From Pseudomonadota bacterium (lineage in GTDB: Bacteria; Pseudomonadota; Alphaproteobacteria; UBA828): DNA of 64,000 nucleotides. The stretch lies in NCBI GenBank assembly GCA_027624955.1, contig JAQBTG010000017.1, forward strand, positions 1,929 to 65,928. The letters run 5' to 3'. A program made the translations under genes and the position numbers. Positions within the stretch are counted from its first letter, which is position 1. Each line of letters opens with the position of its first letter. The notes beneath the pieces are model-generated. The model ran no database searches, was not told the DNA's origin, and saw nothing but the letters and a program-made list of their open reading frames with translations. Of the stretch, positions 50,381-60,517 are shown one piece after another.

Positions 50381-51853
50381 GTGCGAAATATGATCACCCC
50401 TTCAGATTTGGTCTCTCATATCGAACGGCTGAGCCAGGCCCGTATTCTTTGTATCGGCGATCTCATGCTCGACCGATTCGTTTACGGCGAGGTCGAGCGT
50501 ACATCGCCAGAAGCACCGGTGCCGATACTTGGAATCGTGCGGCAAACTGCGATGCTGGGTGGCGTCGGAAATGTTGCACGAAACTTGATCAGCCTCGGTG
50601 CGAGCACCGCGCTGCTCTCCGTGGTTGGCGATGATGAGGTCGGGCGGACGCTCACGCAAATGGTCGGCGAGCAGGAGCGGATTGAGCCGCATTTATTGGT
50701 CGAGCCGGGCCGGCCTTCGACCGAGAAAACCAGGTTCCTGGCGGGCGGCCAGCAGCTTCTGCGCACCGACCGAGAAACGCGAAACTGGATCAGCGACCGC
50801 AGCGCCGAGAACCTCCTGCGCATGGCCGAGGATATCGTGCCGCATTGCGATGTGCTGGTGTTATCGGATTATGCCAAGGGTGTATTGACGGCAGACCTGT
50901 GCCGAGCCTTGATCGCCTGTGCGCGCGCCGCCTCCAAGCCCGTGGTGGTCGATCCCAAGGGCCTGAATTACGGCCGCTACAAGGGTGCCAGCGTGATCAC
51001 GCCGAACCGGCGCGAATTGGGCGCCGCGACCGGCGCGCCGGTGGAAACGGAAAGCGAAATCGTCTCTGCCGGACAGGCGCTGATCGAGCAAGTAGCGATC
51101 GACGCGCTGGTGGTAACGCGCAGTCGGCACGGAATGACGGTGCTATCGGCTGACGGCGACGTCGAGCATTTACCGACCCGGGCACGCGAAGTGTTCGACG
51201 TTTCCGGCGCGGGCGATACCGTTGTCGCGACGCTGGCCAGTGCACTGGCAAACGGTGTGAACCTGATTGAAGCATCGGCACTGGCAAATCTGGCCGCCGG
51301 CGTGGTGGTGGCAAAAACCGGCACTGCCGTAGTCTTTGCGGCAGATCTCTTGCATGCCGTGCGGGCCGGTGATCTGTCCTCATCCGAAGCCAAAATCGTG
51401 CCCCTGACGGCGGCACTCGAAAGCATCGCAAAATGGCGCGACGGCGGGCAATCGATCGGATTTACCAATGGCTGTTTCGACCTCCTCCACCCGGGGCATA
51501 TATCGCTGCTGCGCCAGAGCAAAAATAATTGTGGACGGCTGGTTGTCGGCCTCAACAGCGATGCATCGGTGAGCCGCCTCAAAGGCAAGGACAGGCCGAT
51601 TCAAACGGAAATCGCGCGCGCACAAGTGCTGGCATCGCTCGAAAGCATCGATCTCGTGGTAATTTTTGCTGAAGATACGCCGATCAATTTAATCGAAGCT
51701 CTTCGTCCAGATGTGCTGATAAAGGGCGGCGACTATCAGATTGATGGCGTCGTTGGCGCAGACTACGTGCAGGCCTATGGCGGTCGAATCCTGTTGGCGG
51801 AAACGGTCGCTGGATTCAGTACCAGCAGGACAATCGCAAAGCTACAACGCTAG
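50381..51853 (+). CDS. hldE: bifunctional D-glycero-beta-D-manno-heptose-7-phosphate kinase / heptose-1-phosphate adenylyltransferase
   Basis: N-terminal PfkB ribokinase-like domain and C-terminal cytidylyltransferase domain (GFTNGCFDLLHPGH). An alternative start lies at the 4th codon. Confidence 0.9.
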   Translation: MRNMITPSDLVSHIERLSQARILCIGDLMLDRFVYGEVERTSPEAPVPILGIVRQTAMLGGVGNVARNLISLGASTALLSVVGDDEVGRTLTQMVGEQERIEPHLLVEPGRPSTEKTRFLAGGQQLLRTDRETRNWISDRSAENLLRMAEDIVPHCDVLVLSDYAKGVLTADLCRALIACARAASKPVVVDPKGLNYGRYKGASVITPNRRELGAATGAPVETESEIVSAGQALIEQVAIDALVVTRSRHGMTVLSADGDVEHLPTRAREVFDVSGAGDTVVATLASALANGVNLIEASALANLAAGVVVAKTGTAVVFAADLLHAVRAGDLSSSEAKIVPLTAALESIAKWRDGGQSIGFTNGCFDLLHPGHISLLRQSKNNCGRLVVGLNSDASVSRLKGKDRPIQTEIARAQVLASLESIDLVVIFAEDTPINLIEALRPDVLIKGGDYQIDGVVGADYVQAYGGRILLAETVAGFSTSRTIAKLQR

Positions 51854-51905
51854 ATTGTTTTCGTCGCGGTGTGCGCTGAACCAAACAGGCAGTGCCGCAG
51901 TGGGC

Positions 51906-51964
51906 CGATAGAGCGTTTCACCTTCACTTGCGTTCACGCGAAATGCTCTATCGCTTCTTGATTC
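51906..51964 (+). terminator. possible terminator hairpin downstream of hldE
   Basis: 14-bp imperfect inverted repeat CGATAGAGCGTTTC / GAAATGCTCTATCG with a 20-nt loop, followed by CTTCTTGATTC. Confidence 0.35.
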
Positions 51965-52010
51965 AAGCAAATGCGTCGCCGCAGGTGATTCCACCTGCTC
52001 GGGATTTGCT

Positions 52011-52247
52011 CTAAGCCTGGAATCGCCGCCTTTGGCCGTAGGTTTGAGCCTTGACCAGGTAGATTCGATCTTTAACCCTCAATTTCCAGCGTTTTAGCTC
52101 GCCAAGAGAGAGCGTATTCGGTGCCGGCCTTTCGACCTCGTCTTGAATCGCTTTTTCTAAATTGGCATGTTTCGCGGCGAGGCTTGCGACATAATCGTCA
52201 AACCCCAGATCATTACTTATCTCTTCGGGATCTAGCCCTGAATACAT
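52011..52247 (-). CDS. DUF465 (YdcH-like) small protein
   Basis: 78 aa with a coiled-coil signature (LGELKRWKLRVKDRI). Confidence 0.6.
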   Translation of the reverse strand: MYSGLDPEEISNDLGFDDYVASLAAKHANLEKAIQDEVERPAPNTLSLGELKRWKLRVKDRIYLVKAQTYGQRRRFQA

Positions 52248-52629
52248 GGTCCCCCAATCGCGAATAAATTTTAGGGGTGATTTAGTGGCGAGGTATTGCC
52301 AAACCGAACCCCAACTGACGGTTCGGCCATTGTGTCATACGCGCCCCGCATTGACCACTATATCTAGCATAATTATCCGCCGTCGGTTGTCGCGCATTGA
52401 AGCGAAGAACCGCACGAAGGAGCCAAAAACAGTGCCGGTCAAAGTTCTTTTGGCCGCTGAATTTGGTGGCAGATCAAGCAGGTGATATTTGCGGTTTTGG
52501 GCGATAATTTCACCGGGAAATCAGCGTGAATGGCGGCGCAAATCCCATATTCATACTCGATTTTTCGGAGCTATTTCGATACCATATCATTTGTAACAAT
52601 CGGGTCATTTCTCAAATGCTGGATAAACA

Positions 52630-52827
52630 ATGGAAACTCTAGGTCACGATCAGCGCCTCGTCTCCCTACGAATCGAACATCGGGATTTAGACGCGGTGAT
52701 CAACGAGCTGGCTGACAATCTCGAAGCAGACGATGTCCGAATGCGACGAATGAAAAAGCGAAAATTGGCTCTAAAAGACGAGATTGCCAAGCTTGAGAGC
52801 GATCAATTGCCGAATTTAATCGCGTAA
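52630..52827 (+). CDS. DUF465 (YdcH-like) small protein, paralog
   Basis: 65 aa (RMRRMKKRKLALKDEIAKLE), paralogous to the divergent gene at 52011-52247. Confidence 0.6.
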   Translation: METLGHDQRLVSLRIEHRDLDAVINELADNLEADDVRMRRMKKRKLALKDEIAKLESDQLPNLIA

Positions 52828-52910
52828 TTCCGCAACGCCTCGCGAAATAGCGGCTTTGCACGGAGCGGCTATGATCGACCAGCCATTGCTGGTCGGCCGT
52901 GACGGACTAG

Positions 52911-53654
52911 CTATTGACGCGACGGGTCCTCTTTGCGGCTTCCGCCATGTTTTCTCGCGTACATGGCCTTGTCAGCTTCGGCAAGCGCCTGCCCGGCGTC
53001 TTCGGTTCCACTGAAGGTGTAGGCGCCATAGGTCACGCTTATGGCCAGTTCATCATCATTGAACGGAACAGGCTGTTTGCCGATCTCGCGCGCCAATTGA
53101 CCTGACTTGTCCTGCGCCACGCTGGCGTCGATTTGATAGAGAATCACGCCGAACTCGTCGCCTCCCAGGCGACCGACGATGTCCGAATCGCGCACTTGCT
53201 CGAGCAGCGTTTCCGCCACATGGCGAAGCGCGGCATCGCCGGCAGGGTGGCCGCAGGTATCATTGATATGTTTCATGTTGTTGACATCGAAATAGATGAC
53301 GGTGCTCGGCGCGCCGTAGCGTTCAGTCATCGAGATCGCGCGCGTCAACTCGCGTACGAAGGCTCGGCGGTTATAGACCGGCACCAGCGAATCCTGATCG
53401 GCCAGACGCTCAAGATGCTCAATCCGACCGCGGCTGCCGTTTAATTCGTCGCGCAGCCGGGCGACTTCTTCCATCAGCGTCATGATTGCCATGCGGACTT
53501 TGGACGTGAGCTCGGCCTCGGGAATGCCCATCACCGAGGCCGTGTCCATGACTTGGTGGCTGGAACCAGCGCTAGCACTCGCGGCGCGGCGATTCGTGCC
53601 TCCTGCACGACCTGCGACGCCAACTCGTGAGGTTCTATTTCCCTCGATCTTCAT
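52911..53654 (-). CDS. GGDEF-domain diguanylate cyclase with N-terminal coiled-coil
   Basis: Motifs RLGGDEFGVIL (GGDEF) and FDVNNMKHINDTCGHPAGD. Start chosen at MKIEGN (ATG 53652-53654); the ORF could extend to 53741. Confidence 0.8.
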   Translation of the reverse strand: MKIEGNRTSRVGVAGRAGGTNRRAASASAGSSHQVMDTASVMGIPEAELTSKVRMAIMTLMEEVARLRDELNGSRGRIEHLERLADQDSLVPVYNRRAFVRELTRAISMTERYGAPSTVIYFDVNNMKHINDTCGHPAGDAALRHVAETLLEQVRDSDIVGRLGGDEFGVILYQIDASVAQDKSGQLAREIGKQPVPFNDDELAISVTYGAYTFSGTEDAGQALAEADKAMYARKHGGSRKEDPSRQ

Positions 53655-53903
53655 GCGAATTTGCCCTCGACCAATGCCACTTCCGTATAATTCAGTGTTA
53701 GCAGCGATTACTTTATTACCACGACAAGATCCAGATGGCAAAAATCCTGCCTAAGTATTCTGCCCAAGTTTTGCTGATCGCGTGAAAAGTATCTTTCCGT
53801 AATCGAGCCGACCCTTTAACATCGCCTTGCAGGGTTTAGTAATGGTAAACGCTTTTGCTTTTTTCTAACAGAGTTCCCATAAAATAGTGAATTTGGACAA
53901 ATC

Positions 53904-54404
53904 GTGAGTACAGAGAGGCCTGTTGTCGGCATTATCATGGGCAGTCAGTCGGACTGGTCGGTGATGCGCCATGCTGCGTTGACCTTGAAAAGCCTTGGCA
54001 TCGCTTGTGAATCGCGCATTATTTCGGCTCACCGCACGCCTGAGCGGCACAGTGAATATTGCAGCACTGCCAAGGAGCGCGGGTTGCAGGTGATTATCGC
54101 TGGTGCCGGCGGCGCCGCGCATCTGGCCGGCGTGACCGCGGCGCTGACGCCGCTTCCGATCCTCGGGGTGCCGATGGAAAGCGCTGCCCTCAAGGGAATG
54201 GACAGCCTGTTGTCGATCGTACAGATGCCGGGCGGCATTCCGGTGGGGACGCTGGCGATCGGCAAACCTGGCGCCATCAACGCGGCGCTTCTGGCCGCAG
54301 CCATTCTCGCGCTCGGCGACACCACCATCGCCGGCGCGCTCGATGACTGGCGCGCTCGGCAAACCGCCAACGTGCCTGAATTTCCTGTCGATCAGGTGGA
54401 ATAG
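53904..54404 (+). CDS. purE: N5-carboxyaminoimidazole ribonucleotide mutase
   Basis: [11 protein letters not shown] and AGGAAHL PurE signatures. No purK is adjacent. Confidence 0.9.
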   Translation: MSTERPVVGIIMGSQSDWSVMRHAALTLKSLGIACESRIISAHRTPERHSEYCSTAKERGLQVIIAGAGGAAHLAGVTAALTPLPILGVPMESAALKGMDSLLSIVQMPGGIPVGTLAIGKPGAINAALLAAAILALGDTTIAGALDDWRARQTANVPEFPVDQVE

Positions 54405-54415
54405 CCGGGGCGACA

Positions 54416-55156
54416 CTACGGCCGGCCCGTGCGCCCATTGCGGGCTGCGCCTGAGGCGCCATAGCGCGCCGCGCCTGAGGCGCCGTAACGCGCCGTGCCT
54501 GAGGCCCAGCCCGGGCCGCTCTTGATCAGATTGGCGATGAATTGTGGCGACGGCAGCAGGCGTTGCAGATTTCCTTTCACCCGGCCCACCCGCATGACAT
54601 CCTCAAGGCGGCGGTCGAGAAAGGCCCAGCTTTCTTCATAATTCTCGGAGCTGTCATCAAGCCAGTATAGCAGCGTCGCGCCATACGCCCCGGCCAGCAG
54701 GGCGCGCTTGCTGTAGAAATTGAAATCCGTCGATTTATCGCCGATGGCAAACCATACGCTATCGACCGTGTGGTAGAGGCAGGACAGCGAGAGGCGCGCG
54801 TTCAGGGGCATCGCGCAATAAGCCAATGCGGCGCGCACCGCTTCGCGGTGGGGCTGTTCAAGCTCAAGGCGTAAGCGCACCGCTGCGGCAATTCGCTGGC
54901 GCACGCCCATGCCCTTTAGCGCCTCGGCGCCGCCCAAGCCGTCTTCCATGCTCCGGTCGGTCCGCGCCGCGTGGTATTGGATCAAAGATGCGGCGCCGCG
55001 CGGAAAGGCGCGGCGCGCGGTGGTGGCGTCAATGGCGCATTCGTCGGCCGCCGCCAATAGCGCCTTTTCACCCCAGCCATCGAACGGCACATGGCCGAGC
55101 ACGGCCGCGATCAGCGTCGCTCGGATGGCGTCCTGGGTGGTATCTTGGCGCGTCAT
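54416..55156 (-). CDS. COQ9-family protein (rpsU-divergently-transcribed protein)
   Basis: Roughly 200-aa COQ9-like core. The operon with def is divergent from rpsU, which is the conserved context for this family. The C-terminus carries in-frame octapeptide repeats. Confidence 0.65.
   Translation of the reverse strand: MTRQDTTQDAIRATLIAAVLGHVPFDGWGEKALLAAADECAIDATTARRAFPRGAASLIQYHAARTDRSMEDGLGGAEALKGMGVRQRIAAAVRLRLELEQPHREAVRAALAYCAMPLNARLSLSCLYHTVDSVWFAIGDKSTDFNFYSKRALLAGAYGATLLYWLDDSSENYEESWAFLDRRLEDVMRVGRVKGNLQRLLPSPQFIANLIKSGPGWASGTARYGASGAARYGASGAARNGRTGRP
54447..54518. repeat. 24-bp tandem repeat, 3 copies (third degenerate), inside the 3' end of the COQ9-like gene
   Basis: gcgcctgaggcgccatagcgcgcc / gcgcctgaggcgccgtaacgcgcc / gtgcctgaggcccagcccgggccg. 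It encodes GASGAARY-type repeats on the minus strand. Confidence 0.85.
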
Positions 55157-55749
55157 AGCTCGGAGTCCTCTTGGTCTTCTTCGGTTTCTGCGCGCGACAG
55201 CTCGCTGGTGAAACTCAGCGTCGACAGGTCGCGCATTCGCATTGGATAGAGCACGCCGTCAAGATGGTCGCATTCATGCTGGACCACCCTGGCGTGAAAG
55301 CCCCGCGCCTCACGCTCAATTGTCTCACCGCGATGCGTGAGCCCACGATAACGGATATGATGGTGGCGCGGCACGATGCCAGCCAACCCGGGCAGCGACA
55401 GACAGGCCTCCAGGCCGTCAACCATGTCATCGTCCATGCCATCGGCCGTGCCGACACCCATGTTGTCGCTCACGGCCTCGATTTCAGGATTGATGAGGAC
55501 GGTAAACGGGCAGCCTTCCGCCGCTTCACCGTCTTCCTCGCGGGCGCGAGCGGCGGGCACATGAAACATCACCAGGCGAAGCGGCACATGCACTTGAGGC
55601 GCCGCCAGGCCGGCACCGGCGGCATCCGCGAGGGTATCGATCATGTCAGAGATGAGCTGGCCGATTGCCGGCGCCCGGGGATCGGCGATCGGGTCGGCGA
55701 TGCGCATCAACAGCGGATGTCCCATGCGAGCAATCTTGAGAATGGCCAT
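55153..55749 (-). CDS. def: peptide deformylase
   Basis: [11 protein letters not shown] and QHECDHLDG motifs. Start chosen at [12 protein letters not shown] (ATG 55747-55749). 4-nt overlap with the COQ9-like gene. Confidence 0.9.
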   Translation of the reverse strand: MAILKIARMGHPLLMRIADPIADPRAPAIGQLISDMIDTLADAAGAGLAAPQVHVPLRLVMFHVPAARAREEDGEAAEGCPFTVLINPEIEAVSDNMGVGTADGMDDDMVDGLEACLSLPGLAGIVPRHHHIRYRGLTHRGETIEREARGFHARVVQHECDHLDGVLYPMRMRDLSTLSFTSELSRAETEEDQEDSEL

Positions 55750-55891
55750 AGCCGGTACTATGGCGCGCCGCCGCCACCGGGTAAACCGGGTAAATCCGGC
55801 AAAAATCGGCATCACCGCCCTTCACAGGCAGCCCGCGGCATGGTATGACCCGCCGGCTTTCGAAAAAACCGAGTGTTTAAGGAATAAAAAT

Positions 55892-56095
55892 TTGGTACAG
55901 GTCGTCGTCAGAGAGAATAATGTCGACCAGGCCCTCAAGGCGCTGAAAAAGAAAATGCAGCGCGAGGGAATCTTCCGCGAGATGAAGATGCGCAGACATT
56001 ACGAAAAGCCGTCCGAGAAGCGGGCGCGCGAAAAAGCAGAAGCCATCCGCCGCGCCCGCAAACTGGCGCGCAAATGCTCTGCGCGGGAAGAATAG
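55892..56095 (+). CDS. rpsU: 30S ribosomal protein S21
   Basis: [47 protein letters not shown] is canonical S21. Start inferred as TTG 55892 with AAGGAA 8 nt upstream. The longer 150-aa ORF is rejected. Confidence 0.85.
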   Translation: MVQVVVRENNVDQALKALKKKMQREGIFREMKMRRHYEKPSEKRAREKAEAIRRARKLARKCSAREE

Positions 56096-56100
56096 ACCCG

Positions 56101-57480
56101 CTACAAGGCCTTGACGATCGCCTCGACCATTTTCTTGGCGTCGCCAAACAACATCATCGTGTTGGCATTGTAAAACACCGGATTGTCGACGCCGGCATAG
56201 CCCGGCGATAGCGAACGCTTGACGAACAACACCGTCTTGGCGTTTTCGACATCCAAAATCGGCATGCCGGCGATCGGGCTCTGCGGATCTGTCTTGGCAA
56301 CCGGATTGACGACGTCATTGGCGCCGATCACAAAGGCAACATCGGTGCTGGACAGATCGCTGTTGATTTCATCGAGCTCGAAAACGTCGTCATACGGCAC
56401 GCTGGCTTCGGCCAACAGCACGTTCATATGACCTGGCATGCGCCCGGCGACGGGGTGGATGGCGTAGCGCACCCGCACCCCCTTCTTGCTCAGCTCTTCA
56501 GCCATCTCGCGCACGGCATGCTGGGCCTGAGCGACGGCCAGACCATAGCCCGGCACGATGACCACCGAGCCGGCGTTGGCGAGAATGAACGCGCCATCTT
56601 CGGCGCTGCCGGCATTGTGCGGCTTGTCGCTCTTTACGAGCTTAGAATCCTCGCCGCCAAAGCCGCCCAGAATGACGCTGATGAACGAGCGGTTCATGCC
56701 TTTGCACATGATGTAGCTCAAGATCGCGCCGGACGAACCAACCAGCGCGCCGACAATGATCAACACCGTATTTTCCAAGGTGAAGCCAATGCCGGCTGCG
56801 GCCCAGCCAGAATAGGAATTCAGCATAGAGATCACCACCGGCATATCGGCGCCGCCGATGGGGATGATGATGAGCACGCCAAATACCAGCGCCACCCCAG
56901 TCATGATCCAGAAAACGGTAGGCGATTGATCGATGCAGAAGATCACCGCAAGGGCGACGATTATCAGCGCAACGATCAAATTGAACAGGCGCTGCCCGGT
57001 GAAGGTCAGTGGCGAGCCGGTCACCAGCTCTTGCAGCTTGGCAAAGGCGACAATCGAACCGGTAAACGTCATCGCGCCGATCACCATGCCGACGCTCAAT
57101 TCGATGCGACTGATGAGGCGGATGTCGCCATTGACGGCGATGTGAAACGTCTCGGGCGCCAGCAGTGCCGAGGCAGCGACTAAAACTGCGGCGAGGCCGA
57201 CCAAGCTGTGAAACGCGGCCACTAATTGTGGCATGGCGGTCATTTTGATCTTCAAAGCGATCACGACGCCGATGAGACCGCCCACCGCGAGGCCAATCAC
57301 CACCCAGAGATAATCCTCGACGCCGGGTTGGGCCAGAGTGGTGCCGATGGCAATCACCATGCCGGCAATGCCGAACATATTGCCGCGCCGCGCTGAAGCC
57401 GGCGAGGACAGGCCGCGCAATGCCATGATGAAACATACGCCGGCAATCAAATAGAGGATCGCCGCGAGATTGGCGGTCAT
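56101..57480 (-). CDS. pntB: NAD(P) transhydrogenase subunit beta
   Basis: 459 aa: a 9-TM domain plus a C-terminal NADP(H)-binding domain (GYGLAVAQAQH). Confidence 0.9.
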   Translation of the reverse strand: MTANLAAILYLIAGVCFIMALRGLSSPASARRGNMFGIAGMVIAIGTTLAQPGVEDYLWVVIGLAVGGLIGVVIALKIKMTAMPQLVAAFHSLVGLAAVLVAASALLAPETFHIAVNGDIRLISRIELSVGMVIGAMTFTGSIVAFAKLQELVTGSPLTFTGQRLFNLIVALIIVALAVIFCIDQSPTVFWIMTGVALVFGVLIIIPIGGADMPVVISMLNSYSGWAAAGIGFTLENTVLIIVGALVGSSGAILSYIMCKGMNRSFISVILGGFGGEDSKLVKSDKPHNAGSAEDGAFILANAGSVVIVPGYGLAVAQAQHAVREMAEELSKKGVRVRYAIHPVAGRMPGHMNVLLAEASVPYDDVFELDEINSDLSSTDVAFVIGANDVVNPVAKTDPQSPIAGMPILDVENAKTVLFVKRSLSPGYAGVDNPVFYNANTMMLFGDAKKMVEAIVKAL

Positions 57481-57490
57481 AACAGCGGTC

Positions 57491-57787
57491 CTATTTCTTC
57501 TTGTACATTTGCAGCATGCGTTGGGTCACGGTGAAACCGCCAAATATGTTGACGGCCGCCAATCCGACGGCAATGCCGCCAAGAACCTTGGCCCAACCAC
57601 CTTCCATCGGCGCGGCAGCAAGCAGCGCGCCAACGATGATGACGCTCGAAATAGCATTGGTGACAGACATCAACGGCGTATGCAGCGCGGGGGTCACACT
57701 CCACACAACGTAATAACCGACAAATACCGCCATCACGAAAACTGTCACCGCAATGACCAGCGGATGAAGATCCAACATAGCTTCCAT
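57491..57787 (-). CDS. pntAB: NAD(P) transhydrogenase subunit alpha part 2 (membrane)
   Basis: 98-aa three-TM protein matching the PntA C-terminal portion. Confidence 0.85.
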   Translation of the reverse strand: MEAMLDLHPLVIAVTVFVMAVFVGYYVVWSVTPALHTPLMSVTNAISSVIIVGALLAAAPMEGGWAKVLGGIAVGLAAVNIFGGFTVTQRMLQMYKKK

Positions 57788-57789
57788 GT

Positions 57790-58947
57790 TTAGGCTTTCT
57801 GATCCGTCAGGGCGGCGTGGACCACGGAGCCGTTCCGTGTCAACAGCGCGCCCTTAATGACTTCATCGTCCCAGTCGATCTTCATACAACCGGTTTCGCC
57901 ATCGATCATCGGCGAGATGAAATTATAGAGATTGCGGGCATACAGCGAACTGGTATCGCCTGGCACACGCGCCGGATAATTGGCGTAACCGATGATGGTG
58001 ACGCCATGTTTGACCACCACCGCGTCGCGCTCGCTCAATTCGCAATTGCCGCCGGTTTCGGTCGACAAATCGACAATCACCGAGCCGATCTTCATATCCT
58101 TGACCATCGCTTCAGTAATCAACACCGGCGCCGGCTTACCGGGTATTTGCGCCGTTGTGATGCAAATGTCCTGTTTCTTCAGCGTCTCGTGAATGAGTTC
58201 CGACTGCTGGCGTTGGTAATCCGCGCTCATTTCACGCGCGTAGCCGCCTGCCGTCTCAGCGCTATCGGTTTCGCTACTCTGGACTTCAATGAAAGTTGCA
58301 CCGAGGCTCTCGACCTGCTCTTTGACGGCCGGACGCACGTCAAAGGCGCTGACAATTGCGCCGAGGCGATGCGCCGTGGCGATCGCCTGAAGGCCGGCCA
58401 CGCCGGCGCCCAAAATCAATACGCGGGCCGGCACGATGGTGCCTGCCGCTGTCATCATCATCGGTAGAATTTTACCGAAAGTTTCCGCCGCATCGATCAC
58501 CGCTTTGTAGCCGGAGATGTTGCTCTGCGACGACAGCGCATCCATGCTTTGGGCGCGGCTAATGCGCGGGATCAATTCCATGGCAAAACTGGTCAGGCCA
58601 TGCTTGGCATACGCCTCCGCCTGATCGCGACGGTGGAGTGGATTGAGGAGACCGATGAGGATGGCGTCGGGCTTCATCATGGCCAGTTCATCCACCATGC
58701 CATTGCCGTTGCAACACGGCCCGCCGACCTTGAATATCATGTCTGCTTCAGCGTAGAGGGCGGCCGCGTCGGGAACGATTCGCGCGCCAGCTTCCCGCAG
58801 CATTTCATCGGATATCGAGGCTGCTTCGCCAGCACCCGATTGGATGATCATTTCGACGCCGAGAGCGGTAAATCTTTTGACTGAGTCCGGCGAGGCCGCG
58901 ATGCGAGTTTCGCCGGGGAGAATTTCTTTCGGAACCCCGATCTTCAT
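57790..58947 (-). CDS. pntAA: NAD(P) transhydrogenase subunit alpha part 1 (dI, NAD(H)-binding)
   Basis: Alanine dehydrogenase/PNT domain ([22 protein letters not shown]). Confidence 0.9.
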   Translation of the reverse strand: MKIGVPKEILPGETRIAASPDSVKRFTALGVEMIIQSGAGEAASISDEMLREAGARIVPDAAALYAEADMIFKVGGPCCNGNGMVDELAMMKPDAILIGLLNPLHRRDQAEAYAKHGLTSFAMELIPRISRAQSMDALSSQSNISGYKAVIDAAETFGKILPMMMTAAGTIVPARVLILGAGVAGLQAIATAHRLGAIVSAFDVRPAVKEQVESLGATFIEVQSSETDSAETAGGYAREMSADYQRQQSELIHETLKKQDICITTAQIPGKPAPVLITEAMVKDMKIGSVIVDLSTETGGNCELSERDAVVVKHGVTIIGYANYPARVPGDTSSLYARNLYNFISPMIDGETGCMKIDWDDEVIKGALLTRNGSVVHAALTDQKA

Positions 58948-59121
58948 AGGTTTTCCTTGCTCAAATTCCGCCTATGCTTCGGGACCCCGAGGTAAAGCGC
59001 CGCACTGAATACCGCGCCATGTGTGGTTTGCCAAGGCTAGTGTGGCACTTCGTCACGGTCTTGTTACGAACCTTGAACACAACGGCATAATTTGGCGCTG
59101 TTGAGGCGCCTTCAAATGGCT

Positions 59122-60504
59122 TCAAGCGGCTTCCGGGACGCCGCTTCGCCGCAAAATTTCCTGTTGCCGGTGCTCTAGGTCCTCCGAGTCGAAGCCCTCA
59201 ATCAATGCCTCAAAGGCCCGGTGCCAGTTCAGTTTGGCGCCGAGATGCAAGAACACCGAGCCCAATCCGATGGCGGAGCGGTCGAGGAGGACGAACTCAC
59301 GCGGCGGTGTCACGCCGCCAAGACGGCGTATTTCGCGGTGCGTCTCCGCTGCGACAGCGCCGCCAAACTTGCCGCTGCCCGATTCGTCGATCAGGCGCAC
59401 CCGGTCATCCGTCAGCGGGCCATAGATGTATTTGGCCCAGATCGAAAGGGCATCGACCATCTCTGACGACAATCCGCTGAAGCCCCAATTTTCGAAGCCG
59501 TGCACCAATTGCGCGCGGTCATCGCGCTGAACGCCGCGATAGAGATCGATCACGCCTTGCACGAACCCTGCCGGCAGAATGCGGACACAACCATAATCGA
59601 GAAGATTGACCGAACCGTCGGCGCGGATGGTGTAATTGCCAAGATGCGGATCGCCGTGCAGCACGCCATGGCGGTAAAGCGGGCGGTACCAGGCGGCAAA
59701 CATATTCTCAGCAATGCGGTTGCGCGCCGCCTGCGGTTGGGATGTTGCATCGAGCAGCGGTCCGCCTTCCAGCCAAGTCATCGTCAGAAGGCGCCCGGTG
59801 CCCAACTCGGGCAACACAACGGGCACATGCACGCCGGCCTCGTTTTCGAGTATTTCGCCAAACAGGCGAAGATGGGTCGCTTCGCGGCGGTAATCCAACT
59901 CTTCCCGCAATCGGGCGGTCAATTCACGCAATATCTCGCGCGTGTCGATGGACGGGTCATGGCGCTTATAGAGGCCGAAAATTAGTTTCAACTGACTCAA
60001 ATCAGCTTCCACCGTCGACGCCATATCGGGATATTGCAATTTGCAGGCAAGCGCGCGGCCGTCCGGACTACGGGCACGGTGAACCTGGCCGAGCGAGGCC
60101 GCCGCCGCCGCGTCCTGCTCAAACGCCTCGAAGCGCTGGCGCCAATCGGCGCCGAGTTCGCTCCGCATTCGGCGTTTGACAAATGCCCAGCCCATCGCCG
60201 GCGCTTGCGACTGAAGCGCCCGCAGCTCCTCGATATATGCGTCGGGCAGGCCGTCCGGAATGGTGGCGAGCAACTGCGCCACCTTCATCAACGGCCCCTT
60301 GAGACCACCCAGCGCCCGGCTCAGTTGCGCCGCGTTGCGCGCCGAATCAGTCGGCATCCCGAGATAGCGCTGGCCTGCCATACGCGTCGCCAACCCGCCG
60401 ACCGAGCTGCCAACCCGGGCGTAGCGCCGCACGCGCCCGCTCAACCGGTTGGTTTCGCCGTCCTTTTCGCCGCCGTCCTTTCCGCCGCCGTTCTTGATGG
60501 ACAT
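59122..60504 (-). CDS. ABC1/UbiB-family atypical protein kinase
   Basis: ABC1 motifs (KVAQLLATIPDGLP, AAAASLGQVHRA, GVLHGDPHLGN). Start chosen at ATG 60502-60504 to avoid overlap with the pepF-like gene. Confidence 0.75.
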   Translation of the reverse strand: MSIKNGGGKDGGEKDGETNRLSGRVRRYARVGSSVGGLATRMAGQRYLGMPTDSARNAAQLSRALGGLKGPLMKVAQLLATIPDGLPDAYIEELRALQSQAPAMGWAFVKRRMRSELGADWRQRFEAFEQDAAAAASLGQVHRARSPDGRALACKLQYPDMASTVEADLSQLKLIFGLYKRHDPSIDTREILRELTARLREELDYRREATHLRLFGEILENEAGVHVPVVLPELGTGRLLTMTWLEGGPLLDATSQPQAARNRIAENMFAAWYRPLYRHGVLHGDPHLGNYTIRADGSVNLLDYGCVRILPAGFVQGVIDLYRGVQRDDRAQLVHGFENWGFSGLSSEMVDALSIWAKYIYGPLTDDRVRLIDESGSGKFGGAVAAETHREIRRLGGVTPPREFVLLDRSAIGLGSVFLHLGAKLNWHRAFEALIEGFDSEDLEHRQQEILRRSGVPEAA

Positions 60505-60517
60505 GAATATTTGACCC

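Noticed and set aside
56428-57436. 251-aa plus-strand and 264-aa minus-strand ORFs inside pntB
   Set aside because: Shadow frames with Arg/His/Gly-rich translations. pntB on the minus strand is unambiguous.
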